The notes: a model not told the origin generated them from the letters alone. Numbered from the stretch's first letter, positions 1 through 9,470 are shown. The stretch: DNA of 64,000 nucleotides from Candidatus Omnitrophota bacterium (GCA_016214265.1 JACROU010000045.1:1072-65071); one strand, 5' to 3'. Numbers and translations are program-made.

Positions 1-3000
1 CGAATGGCCTCGCCTTTTTTCCCGCCCGTCGCGACCAGAACAATTTCGCGCGCGCGGCGAACCTCACCGGCCAACGTCAGCGCTTTGACCGGAACCAAGT
101 TTATGTTTGTGAAATACCGGGAATTATCAAGAATGGTCGGCAGAGCAAGGTGAACCAGCTTGGCTCCCGGCTCGAAAAATTCAGCCTCGTCTTTGAGAAT
201 AAGATTTTTCATGAGATGCGCAGGGATCTGGGCCAAAATTTCTTGTGCTTTTTCACGAGTCAGATTACGGATGTAAAAGATGGTGTTCTGATGATCCAGC
301 AATCGCCGGCCCAAAATATCCAATTCGGCTCTGAGGTCTCCACGATCCGCATCGGGACGATATTTGGCAAGTTCGTCGACCAAGTCTGAAGAATTCCCCA
401 AATTACTTCTGAGCCTCAGACGCAGCTCAAGAGCCCGGGAAATCGCCTGACCAAGCTCGCCTTCGGCCACATCTAAGCCGACGGTAAACTCATTAAAATC
501 GCGGAGTGTCAGCTCGGATATTTCTCGAGCCGGCTCAACGAACGCGAAATGCCCGTCCTTGCCGATGCCGAGAAGCTGCCAGTCGATGCCGCCCTTCTCG
601 CGGATTTTCGCCAGATATTCTGAAATTTCTATTCTAGGATCCTCGGTCTTACCACGAAACAGATGTGTGCTCTCACGCTTGAATGCCCGGGCCGGATCAA
701 TTTCCCGGAGCCGCGCAAACAGATGCCCCTCCATATAATACCGGTAGCTTTGAACGTGCTCTGGACTCAATCCGAAATACTCATCCAGATTAAAAGTAAC
801 AACACGGGAAAAATCGATACTGGAATCGCGGCGGAACATCTCGACCACTTCGTCATAAACCGATTCCATCGTCCCGCCAGTCGCAAGGCCAAGCACCGCA
901 TCGGGCTTCGTCTTCACCACCTGAACCAGCCGCTCTGCCACGTCCTTCGGCAATTCATTTTTATTTTGAATGACTTGAAGTTTAATTTTTCCGGGAGGAG
1001 TGATTGAATCGGATTGACCTAAACTCAAACCGTTAGAGGAAGACTTCGTTCGCTGATCGTACGTATTCCTGATAAATACTTCTAATTCAGACTCGAATGA
1101 AAATCCTTCATGACTTTTTGCAGCTTGATAAATTTCTTCCTTCAAAGCTGGCGGCGCTCGATTGGGCAGCAATTCAAAAACCATTTCGCGCGTGATCCGA
1201 ATTCTTTCTTTCCGGACCGGTTCCGATTCTTCCGGGCGTGTCATCACAGCCCCGCGATTTAAAGATTCCGCGGCAGTTCCAGACACAGCGGCTTTTCCTT
1301 TGTATATATGTATGACAAGGGCATCCAACTGTTCACGAACTAATCCCGCTGGCACACTTGGATCAAGACCGATCCCAAACTCCCCGTCTATTTGCGTCAT
1401 GAAAACATTTTCGTTATTCGTTCTATCATGAATCGCCTGATGGGAACCGACAAAATTTTCAGTAACGTGTTCTATTTTTACCTCATAGCCATGCTTTCCA
1501 AGTTTATCCGTAATTAGTTTCTTCCATTCCTCAACAAATCCGCCCAACCGCCGCTCCTTTTCACTCACATTCAATTTTTCCCATTCAGAATAAGCCGAAC
1601 CGGAATAAACACGTGTGGGATAAGGCATCACATCTTCGACAAAAGTCATTACTTCCGTTCCCGGTGAAGCCGGAACCATGAGGCGGCTGAATTCCCGGAA
1701 CACATCATCCATTTCCGCAACCGTCATATAACCTAGAGCATCAAAACCAATAATACGTTTAAACGTATGTTCTGGTTTCGGAATTTTTCTCCAATCACCA
1801 GCGATCGTTTCAATTCGCGGATAACGTGATTGAATATCTTTCAAAGGTCCGGTCATATAATCCGTGACTGACATTTTCTGAACCAAGCTTTCCGGCAGCG
1901 GAGAAACCTCCCCTGTCTTATCCTCTAAATAAACAAGGTCCCGTCCCTGCCCCACGCCGATATCGAGCACACGTTCTCCTTCCGACAAATTTTGATCGAA
2001 AGGATTCCAAAATAATCGCGTTAACAACTGAGCGCGGGCCCGCTCCACTCTTTTCGTCGCTGCTTCTAACTCAAAATAACGGGAACGGGCATAACCTTTA
2101 ACAACAACACGCTTGATCAAATTCAATTCGCCGGCATAAAGATATCGGGCCAAAGCTCCGTCATCCAAAACAAACGGCTGAGATAAGAAATATAAATTGT
2201 TCTGATTGTCTACAAGATGGGTGCCTGTTACCATCGCGGTTTTACGATCCCCCTCCGTAAGTACGGGCTGGATGTTTCGAACGGGTTTAGTTTTCAGATC
2301 AGTAACCAAAGTGAAGACAATCTTACGCCCGCCCATTAATACAACCTGCAGGGAAACAGTGGCTAAATTTTCCCCGATACGCAACTGACTCCATTTTTCC
2401 GGATTGCGAAGCTCCAGAAAAACTTGTATCTCTTGAATATCATTGGGAGTAACCGGAAAATGCGCCGCTAACGTCAACGCTTTTAAAAACACCGACCCCT
2501 CTTCAGCAAGAATAAAATCTGATACGGCATCCTGAAACGCAGCGTATTGCTTCCGGGGTTTTTTCTCACCGCTGGCATTTTCGAATATCTTTCTTACTTG
2601 TTTTTCCAATTCAACAGGAATCCGGGTGATTGCAGATGGTTCGGTAATCACATTTTCATCTTGGCACCACAATGCGGGCATAAAAGTCTTGTCGGATTTC
2701 ACGAAATGCGTCTTGGATTGCAACCTCCACACATCAGTTAAATCCCCTTCAAAATCCTTACCCAAACTCGCGCCGCCTGCCGGGATGCCCGCTTGCGGGT
2801 CGGCTGGCGAGTTCTTGGTGGAGCGCGACAGTTCAGAAATTTCTTTATTGGAAATTGGATTTGATCTTGCTCCCGACGAACCCAAAGATTTTCCGGAGGA
2901 ATTAAAATCGGGCATGGCTTCGGGAATAGAAGCTGTCGGCGAGGCAAATGGAATATCATTTTTGGCGACCGCGGGAAAAACGGATCCGTATTCGCGTTTC

Positions 3001-6000
3001 AAAATCTGGCGAAACGCGTCGTATTTCCCGTCCGCTTTCAGCGCTTTAGCAATTTGGGCATGAATCCCCCCGAGCGCCGCGAGCACAGTCGTCATTTTTC
3101 CGTCCCACGTCAAAAGCGGCGCGATGGCGTTGCCGTCCACACTCGCCGACTCGACAGTGCCAAAACGGCTTTGCATTTTGGGACCCTTGAGCATCACATC
3201 AAGCCAGGCCAAGGCAATTCCTGAGGGTCCGGCCAACATCACCGGAAACACCGCGTACGGCGCCACCACTTTTTTATTTTTGACGGGTTGAAGCGCGAGC
3301 TCCGGAATTCCGGACTCTGCCAGATACGCGGGATTCTGATTGCCAGTCACCACATCGTGCGCGGACGCAAAAAGTCCCGGAATTTTATTCAGAGCCGAAT
3401 TCCAGGTTCTGGCCCTTTCTCCATTTTCAAAAATCTGACGGACTGTGGGGTCATCGGTATACGGAAGAATTAAATATTTCCACATTTCGTGCGATGAAAA
3501 CCAAAATCCTTTGAGTGTCGTCAGTCGGCCTTGAGGCGTTTTGAAATCCGAAGGCTTCAGATTGGGACGCTGATTGGCCCAAACCTTGTCCGCTTCCTTC
3601 GCGTCTTTCCATCGGCCAAAAAGAGTAATGAAGAAGGTAAAGAGCTCACCCTCATAAGGGTCTGCCAGAAAATTCGTATTGCTCAAATAATTTTCCTGGG
3701 AAGGTGCGGCATTCACATTTTTGATTTTGACCTCACCGCGAATTTTTCCGCCGCCCTCGTAGAACATCGTGACGGCATTCTGAGCCATCATATCGAACCG
3801 GGTTTTGTAACGTGCCGCTAGATCTTTGTGACCTTTCGCATCCAGCGCGTGATAAGCGGCATAAAGCGACCAGGCCAGCTGGCCGTTATCGAGCGCGGGC
3901 ACGCGATCCTGCCAGTCCCGCGTAGGCTGCATTCCACCATCGCTGACTAAAAACCAAGGCAGAAAACCGCCGAAACCGGGGTAGGTGCGACTGAATTTTT
4001 CGTAACTCGTAATTTTCTTCGTGAGAATGTCAACGGCCCGGGCTTCGGCCTTCGCGAGATTATCCGGGGACATAAACAATTTCACCCGGTCGTCTTCCCC
4101 CAGCACCGCGAGTGCCGCCAGCGCCACTTGAAGCGATTCTTTAGATGCCGCGCTCCAATTTCTTGGGCCACCACGCAACTCACCAGTCTCAAAATCAATC
4201 GAATGGCCGTCATAAGTCAGTCCGGAACCGGCGTTGTACGCAATTCCCGGCTGATGAAACTGTCCCTCCCAATACAACAATTTCCGAAGGTAAGCATCCG
4301 CCAATTCTTTTTTGCCGATCAAATCTTCCGCTTTAAACTCGGGGGCAAATCGATAATTTCCTTTAGGTTCCTGCACCGGCATTTTCCCGGCAAACGCAAA
4401 AGCGGCCGCCACGCCAATAAGAGCCAGAAACTCTCTTCGCGAAAAGCTTTCTTCAGAATTTCCGAGACTTGAAGCTTGAGAAACGGGGAAAAAATGAGTC
4501 ACGATTTTGCTAACCAGAGGATGAGAAATATTCAATGATTTTCCCATCAGCCGCACCATTTGATCCAATAATGCCTCAAAACTTTCCTTGGCATCCCAAG
4601 AAAGGTTGCCAAATAATCGAATCATGGCTTTTTCAAAATTTTTCTGATTAAGAACCGCCTCTTGTTGATGAACAGCTTCATTGACCGGCTTATTCGGTTC
4701 CGACGCGCAAATTTGTGTTGTAAAACTGGGACTATGAACTAATGCTCCAAAAACTTCGGGAATGCGATTAATCGTGGCATTACTAACAACAGCCGGCGAT
4801 ATTTCAATTAATGCCTGGCCGACCTTAATAAAGTGTTTGATGAGCTCTTGTTCATCCTCTCCCTCATTGGCCCCCAAACTTTGCGCGGCTGTGACCACCG
4901 TCCCCGCATCGGAGCCATTTTGAAAAACTTTTTCGATATGTTCCGCGTCGGTGATAATTCCACGCCGCGCGCCGCCATCCTTAACGAAAGCCAGCGTGGC
5001 TTCCACTTTGGGCCCCATGCTGCCGGGAGGAAACTCCCCTTCTTTATAATATTTTTCGAGTTCGCTCACGGAGGGACGAACCAACTCTTTTTCGGATAAC
5101 TTTTTGAACTGCACTTTGACACGCGGAACGCCGGTCACAATCAGAAGATTTTTCAGATTCAATTCTTTCGCCAGAAGCGCGGAACTGCGGTCTTTGTCGA
5201 TCACGCCCTCCAGCGCTTCAATCACATCGACTTCTCGGTAGCGGATCGGCACTCCGCCGCCACCCACGGCCACCACAATTTTTCCGGCCGTGAGGGCTTC
5301 GCGAATATCCTGGAGATCTTTCGGAAAAATTGAAAGCGGTTTGGGCGAAGCCACCACCCGGCGCCAGCCTTTTCCCGGAACATACGTAAACTGCCATCCT
5401 TTTTCTGCCATCAAAGCATTCTTCTGATCCTCTGAATTGTATGGACCAATGGGTTTGTCAGGATGATGAAACGCTTCATCGTTTGGATTTACAATCACCC
5501 GGGTCGGATTCAGATAAATTTCCGGCAAATTCGGAAGCTCATCTTTTTTGATTTCTTCGTAGGCGCGTAAAATATATTTTCTGAAAATTTCGGTCTGAGT
5601 TTCAGCCACCAATTCATTCAGTCGCGGCATTTGCTGAATCTCTCCGGCTTTCAATTGTTTTTCTTTTTCAAGCCAGAGGTCGCCGACTTGCGGACCATTA
5701 CCGTGTGTAATCAAAAGCGGAGTTCCGGGCCGGTAAAGCCGCAGCACGCGCCGGAGCATTTCTTTGACGTTGCGGTACTGCGCCTCATCTGTGCGAATAT
5801 CTTTTAGCGGTCCAGACTCAGCAATGAAGGCATTTCCGCCGAGCGCCACTGCCGTTCCTGAAAGCCCGACTGCACCCAAACTGGAGCCCTGAACCCGCGC
5901 AAACGGAAACTCGATTTTAAAAATGGGCGCCTGTCCTCCGGAAGTCAGCAACAACATATCTCCGCCGTAACTTTCGATGAGTCGTTTGGATAAATTCAGC

Positions 6001-9000
6001 CCCACCCCGGCTTCCGGACGCGTCTTGTCATCGGACTTGCCTTTTTTGAATAACTGCGGAATTGTTTCGGAATTAATGGGAGCACCGTTGTTGCCGACAA
6101 ATAACACCACCTTGTCGGTGTTTGGGTCATGACCGGCCTCGATAGTTACTTCAGTCGCATGATGTTTTTTCGCATTCCGGATTAAATTACCCAGAACAAA
6201 AATCATTCCCAATTTGGAAACACGAACTGGAAGCGGAGCATCAGGAATAGATACCTTGATGTCAAAAGAGCTCTCGGTTTTTCCTTCGGCTTCCGCATTA
6301 ATTCTTTCTTTGTTTAAATAAAGATGCCGGGTGATTGAAACGATTTTTTTGACATCTACAAATTTTTCGTTCACTTCCCTAGCTGCTCTGGAACGCCGAA
6401 TCACATCCATCAACTCTTCAAGACTTTCGCCCAACAAAACAATCACCGCAATTTTTTCGAGAACAAGCATTTCGATAGTGGTCAGCAGCAGGTTTTTAGG
6501 CAAATCCTGCTGCGCCTCCCTCGCAAAACGAACCATCAAACTCAAATTCAGGAGAATCCTCCAGATTTTTTTGAAAAAATCGTCCACTTTTGTATTCGGA
6601 TTTGGCTCGATCTCCTCTTTTCTCAGATCATTGTTGAATCGGTAAACCAGGTTGGAACCAGCTTGATGAATCTTTCTCAATTGCACTTCTTTCCCAACAC
6701 TAAATATTCCTTCGAGAGGCAAGAACTTCGAAATAGAACCCAAATGGGTATGAATGGGATTCAGCCATCCGGCAAGCTCATGGAAAGCCATGCCGACGAT
6801 TAGCAGCTGATCGGCCTTGGAAAGCTCTGTTCGGATAATACGGAAAGAACTCTTGCCTTCAGGGTCCTTCAACAACTCTAAAGCAACGCTTCTGTCATTG
6901 TTGCGAGGAAAATCCCGGTTCATGTCAAGAACGACATATCCAAAATCCGGACGTTCTTGTGCGTCCAAAATCAAATTGGCGCCGAAAATGCTGAAACGTT
7001 TTTCTTTCAATCCCCAAAATCCGAATTTTTTTGCCACATCGTCCCTCGGGGGAGTGTGGCCAGAAAATAAAGCGGCCAGTTTCATCCGGGAAAGATAGGT
7101 CGCCAAAAAATTGGCATCGTACTTTCGGAGAAAAAGGAGAATGTACAGCGCATGATTTTCTTTGTAAAAGTAACCGTCTTTCAGCAAGTTAATTATCTGA
7201 TTCCAGCTTTTTAATCTAAAGGAGGGCCTGGCATGGACCAGCATGACATGCTCATCACCCATCCGAGCGCGGATTACGATAGGCCAGCTTTTAAAAAAAT
7301 CCGACATCGCAATTAAAATTGCGGGGCCATGTTCTTCAAAATAACCATAATGCTGCTTAATATAATTTTCAAAATCCGATGTCTGAGATTGTTTTATCTT
7401 GGAATCAGGCGGGGCTCTTAAAATTTCGACCTGACTTCCAGCAATATGCGACAACTCATGATTGCCAAGTACCGCATGCACATTCCGGGGAAAGCCGATT
7501 TTCAGTTTCATAAAAAGCGCCAGCGTCGCAAGGGTTTGTGTCTGGGCGTCCTCTTGTTTCATCAAATCCCCTGAAGGATGAATCAGGTCGCCTAAAAATA
7601 CCAGGTGAAGACCGCCATCCTGAAGTCCCGTGAGAATGCCCGGCTCGCGGAGCAGCGAGGTTAAATGATAGAAATGTCCCTGCATATCCCCCACCACCGC
7701 CAATTTTTTTCCGGTTTCAATATTCAAGAGCGCGCCAGGTTTCATTTCCCAATCCAGCGGACGCTCACTTTCCGAATAGGTCATCGCTTCCCTGGCGTCT
7801 TCAAACAACTGTTTCAGGCCGCCAAGATTAAGTTCATCTAAAAACTTTTTAGGATCTGTAGGAATTTCAAATTTCGTTTTTGCTTTTTTTATCTCCCCCA
7901 GACTTGCCGCGGCGGCGGATACAATAGCCATGCGCGTGGCAACGACAGTTTCTCCGAGGCTGGCCGCTAGCGCCGGACGACCCTGAGCCAGCTGGGCCAG
8001 CACCAATCCGGAAGTTTTGATGCCACGCGTCATCGATTGGCGGTAAATCTTCGAGCTGTCACCGTCAACGTTGGGACGAATCGTGACATGCGGAATTTGG
8101 CGATTGTTGAAATATTTGTTCAGACCCTCAGTATGAAATCCACCGGTTATCAAAATGGCGCGGGAATTCTTCGATTGCCGAAGCTTTTCTTCAATTTTTT
8201 TCATAAAAACGTCTTCGCGTGCCTCTGCGGCTGCATAAAATGAATAGGCTGGAGAGACTATTGGCCGGCCGCCCTTTAGCTCTTCCCACTCTTTTCGGGT
8301 CAACTCAAGTGACACGAGTCCGCGAAGTAAGCGAAAATTTCGGACTTCTTGAACAAAACTTTCAGACACCATCGCGGCAAGAAGCAACTCCATCAGCCGT
8401 TTGATTTCTTCAAAGAGCGGGGCACTTTCGATTTCGTACTGAAAAATTCGGTTGCGCGCATAACGCGTAAAATTGGGATAATTCTCGAACTTGAACCCGC
8501 GGGGCGCGGCGGATTGATACAGTCTTTCGGTAACATGACGGTAATTACACACCCCGTCAACTTCGTCGCCACCCCTCTCAAGATGAGACTTCATCCAGTT
8601 ACCAAATCTTTGTTTGATCTCAGCCTCTTCTTTGCTGGCTTTTTCAAAATCAATCAGCCCTTCTTCGGCCTTCAGCTGAAACAGACGGACTAAATTGGGA
8701 AATTCGATTTGTTCTTTGGCATCCGCCAAATCACGATAGAGATACATTTTTGTGAAACGGCTCAAATCTGCCGTCACGGATGACCAATTCGCGTTCTTCC
8801 GGTCAAAGTCCAAATATTCCCGCAACAGAATCAACGCGTCTTTTTTCAACTCCCGAGAAGCTTTCCGGTCCAGCTGTTGACGGATTGTTTCCAAATTTCT
8901 TTTCGATTCGGTTTCATGACGCATCACGTCCCTGAAAAGATCAAAGTTTTTCCGGTAAAGCGCGGCATCTTCGATACCAATGGCATGAAGTCCCTTCGTA

Positions 9001-9434
9001 TTCAAGGCAAGCTCCGAGCCCGTGATTTCGCCCAAATCAACCAATTTGTCGATGAGCTTATGGTTCAGCTGCGGATTTTGAAGAAATCGGAGATACCGGG
9101 AATCCAGCTCCTCGACCGCGCCTTCAACAAAAACAGTTGTGATTCCATAATTTTTGAAAAGATATTCAATGATTTTTTCGGTATTTCTTTGTCCAGAAGG
9201 ATTTCCGTGAGCATCTTGAATATGAATCAAAAAGGGGCGGTCAGCAGAATGAGCCAGCGAGGCGGATTCGATGGCACCTAACTCAACGGGAATTTGAATT
9301 TGTGGAAGCGGCTCAACACGGACTTCTGAAGGAAGATTGCCGTAAGCGATGGTGTTGGACAAAAAACACACAATGACCGCAAACGCAACAATACGCTGGC
9401 TTAATTTTGCGAGCCTTCCTGGCTGTGATTGCAT
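1..9434 (-). CDS. Giant secreted multi-enzyme protein (>=3144 aa, 3' end outside window): signal peptide, conserved N-terminal domain, metallophosphoesterase, HisKA/HATPase, carbamate kinase, GH162, SAM methyltransferase, NagB-like deaminase
   Basis: Manual translation from ATG 9434: MQSQPGRLAKLSQRIVAFAVIVCFLSNTIAYG..FLIHIQDAHGNPSGQRN. All motifs checked are in this one frame: GDMQG/GDLIH/GNHE/GHTP, FHELAG..NLIRNA..GVGL, ALGGNA/THGNGPQVG/GSMGPK, PGFGGFLPW/VPALDNG/PYEGEL/FSSHE, VLDIGVGQG, VLGLATGGT/TFNLDEY/LGIGKDGHFAFVEP. Not every codon was read. Its absence from the ORF track is consistent with no stop codon before the window edge. Confidence 0.9.
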   Translation of the reverse strand, partial: MQSQPGRLAKLSQRIVAFAVIVCFLSNTIAYGNLPSEVRVEPLPQIQIPVELGAIESASLAHSADRPFLIHIQDAHGNPSGQRNTEKIIEYLFKNYGITTVFVEGAVEELDSRYLRFLQNPQLNHKLIDKLVDLGEITGSELALNTKGLHAIGIEDAALYRKNFDLFRDVMRHETESKRNLETIRQQLDRKASRELKKDALILLREYLDFDRKNANWSSVTADLSRFTKMYLYRDLADAKEQIEFPNLVRLFQLKAEEGLIDFEKASKEEAEIKQRFGNWMKSHLERGGDEVDGVCNYRHVTERLYQSAAPRGFKFENYPNFTRYARNRIFQYEIESAPLFEEIKRLMELLLAAMVSESFVQEVRNFRLLRGLVSLELTRKEWEELKGGRPIVSPAYSFYAAAEAREDVFMKKIEEKLRQSKNSRAILITGGFHTEGLNKYFNNRQIPHVTIRPNVDGDSSKIYRQSMTRGIKTSGLVLAQLAQGRPALAASLGETVVATRMAIVSAAAASLGEIKKAKTKFEIPTDPKKFLDELNLGGLKQLFEDAREAMTYSESERPLDWEMKPGALLNIETGKKLAVVGDMQGHFYHLTSLLREPGILTGLQDGGLHLVFLGDLIHPSGDLMKQEDAQTQTLATLALFMKLKIGFPRNVHAVLGNHELSHIAGSQVEILRAPPDSKIKQSQTSDFENYIKQHYGYFEEHGPAILIAMSDFFKSWPIVIRARMGDEHVMLVHARPSFRLKSWNQIINLLKDGYFYKENHALYILLFLRKYDANFLATYLSRMKLAALFSGHTPPRDDVAKKFGFWGLKEKRFSIFGANLILDAQERPDFGYVVLDMNRDFPRNNDRSVALELLKDPEGKSSFRIIRTELSKADQLLIVGMAFHELAGWLNPIHTHLGSISKFLPLEGIFSVGKEVQLRKIHQAGSNLVYRFNNDLRKEEIEPNPNTKVDDFFKKIWRILLNLSLMVRFAREAQQDLPKNLLLTTIEMLVLEKIAVIVLLGESLEELMDVIRRSRAAREVNEKFVDVKKIVSITRHLYLNKERINAEAEGKTESSFDIKVSIPDAPLPVRVSKLGMIFVLGNLIRNAKKHHATEVTIEAGHDPNTDKVVLFVGNNGAPINSETIPQLFKKGKSDDKTRPEAGVGLNLSKRLIESYGGDMLLLTSGGQAPIFKIEFPFARVQGSSLGAVGLSGTAVALGGNAFIAESGPLKDIRTDEAQYRNVKEMLRRVLRLYRPGTPLLITHGNGPQVGDLWLEKEKQLKAGEIQQMPRLNELVAETQTEIFRKYILRAYEEIKKDELPNLPEIYLNPTRVIVNPNDEAFHHPDKPIGPYNSEDQKNALMAEKGWQFTYVPGKGWRRVVASPKPLSIFPKDLQDIREALTAGKIVVAVGGGGVPIRYREVDVIEALEGVIDKDRSSALLAKELNLKNLLIVTGVPRVKVQFKKLSEKELVRPSVSELEKYYKEGEFPPGSMGPKVEATLAFVKDGGARRGIITDAEHIEKVFQNGSDAGTVVTAAQSLGANEGEDEQELIKHFIKVGQALIEISPAVVSNATINRIPEVFGALVHSPSFTTQICASEPNKPVNEAVHQQEAVLNQKNFEKAMIRLFGNLSWDAKESFEALLDQMVRLMGKSLNISHPLVSKIVTHFFPVSQASSLGNSEESFSRREFLALIGVAAAFAFAGKMPVQEPKGNYRFAPEFKAEDLIGKKELADAYLRKLLYWEGQFHQPGIAYNAGSGLTYDGHSIDFETGELRGGPRNWSAASKESLQVALAALAVLGEDDRVKLFMSPDNLAKAEARAVDILTKKITSYEKFSRTYPGFGGFLPWFLVSDGGMQPTRDWQDRVPALDNGQLAWSLYAAYHALDAKGHKDLAARYKTRFDMMAQNAVTMFYEGGGKIRGEVKIKNVNAAPSQENYLSNTNFLADPYEGELFTFFITLFGRWKDAKEADKVWANQRPNLKPSDFKTPQGRLTTLKGFWFSSHEMWKYLILPYTDDPTVRQIFENGERARTWNSALNKIPGLFASAHDVVTGNQNPAYLAESGIPELALQPVKNKKVVAPYAVFPVMLAGPSGIALAWLDVMLKGPKMQSRFGTVESASVDGNAIAPLLTWDGKMTTVLAALGGIHAQIAKALKADGKYDAFRQILKREYGSVFPAVAKNDIPFASPTASIPEAMPDFNSSGKSLGSSGARSNPISNKEISELSRSTKNSPADPQAGIPAGGASLGKDFEGDLTDVWRLQSKTHFVKSDKTFMPALWCQDENVITEPSAITRIPVELEKQVRKIFENASGEKKPRKQYAAFQDAVSDFILAEEGSVFLKALTLAAHFPVTPNDIQEIQVFLELRNPEKWSQLRIGENLATVSLQVVLMGGRKIVFTLVTDLKTKPVRNIQPVLTEGDRKTAMVTGTHLVDNQNNLYFLSQPFVLDDGALARYLYAGELNLIKRVVVKGYARSRYFELEAATKRVERARAQLLTRLFWNPFDQNLSEGERVLDIGVGQGRDLVYLEDKTGEVSPLPESLVQKMSVTDYMTGPLKDIQSRYPRIETIAGDWRKIPKPEHTFKRIIGFDALGYMTVAEMDDVFREFSRLMVPASPGTEVMTFVEDVMPYPTRVYSGSAYSEWEKLNVSEKERRLGGFVEEWKKLITDKLGKHGYEVKIEHVTENFVGSHQAIHDRTNNENVFMTQIDGEFGIGLDPSVPAGLVREQLDALVIHIYKGKAAVSGTAAESLNRGAVMTRPEESEPVRKERIRITREMVFELLPNRAPPALKEEIYQAAKSHEGFSFESELEVFIRNTYDQRTKSSSNGLSLGQSDSITPPGKIKLQVIQNKNELPKDVAERLVQVVKTKPDAVLGLATGGTMESVYDEVVEMFRRDSSIDFSRVVTFNLDEYFGLSPEHVQSYRYYMEGHLFARLREIDPARAFKRESTHLFRGKTEDPRIEISEYLAKIREKGGIDWQLLGIGKDGHFAFVEPAREISELTLRDFNEFTVGLDVAEGELGQAISRALELRLRLRSNLGNSSDLVDELAKYRPDADRGDLRAELDILGRRLLDHQNTIFYIRNLTREKAQEILAQIPAHLMKNLILKDEAEFFEPGAKLVHLALPTILDNSRYFTNINLVPVKALTLAGEVRRAREIVLVATGGKKGEAI

Positions 9435-9470
9435 TCGAACGAGATCCACCCTTAGAGGAATTTAGGGGGA

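Noticed and set aside
150-9281. Many short plus-strand ORFs in the track
   Set aside because: They are antisense shadows of the giant minus-strand ORF and have no recognisable motifs.
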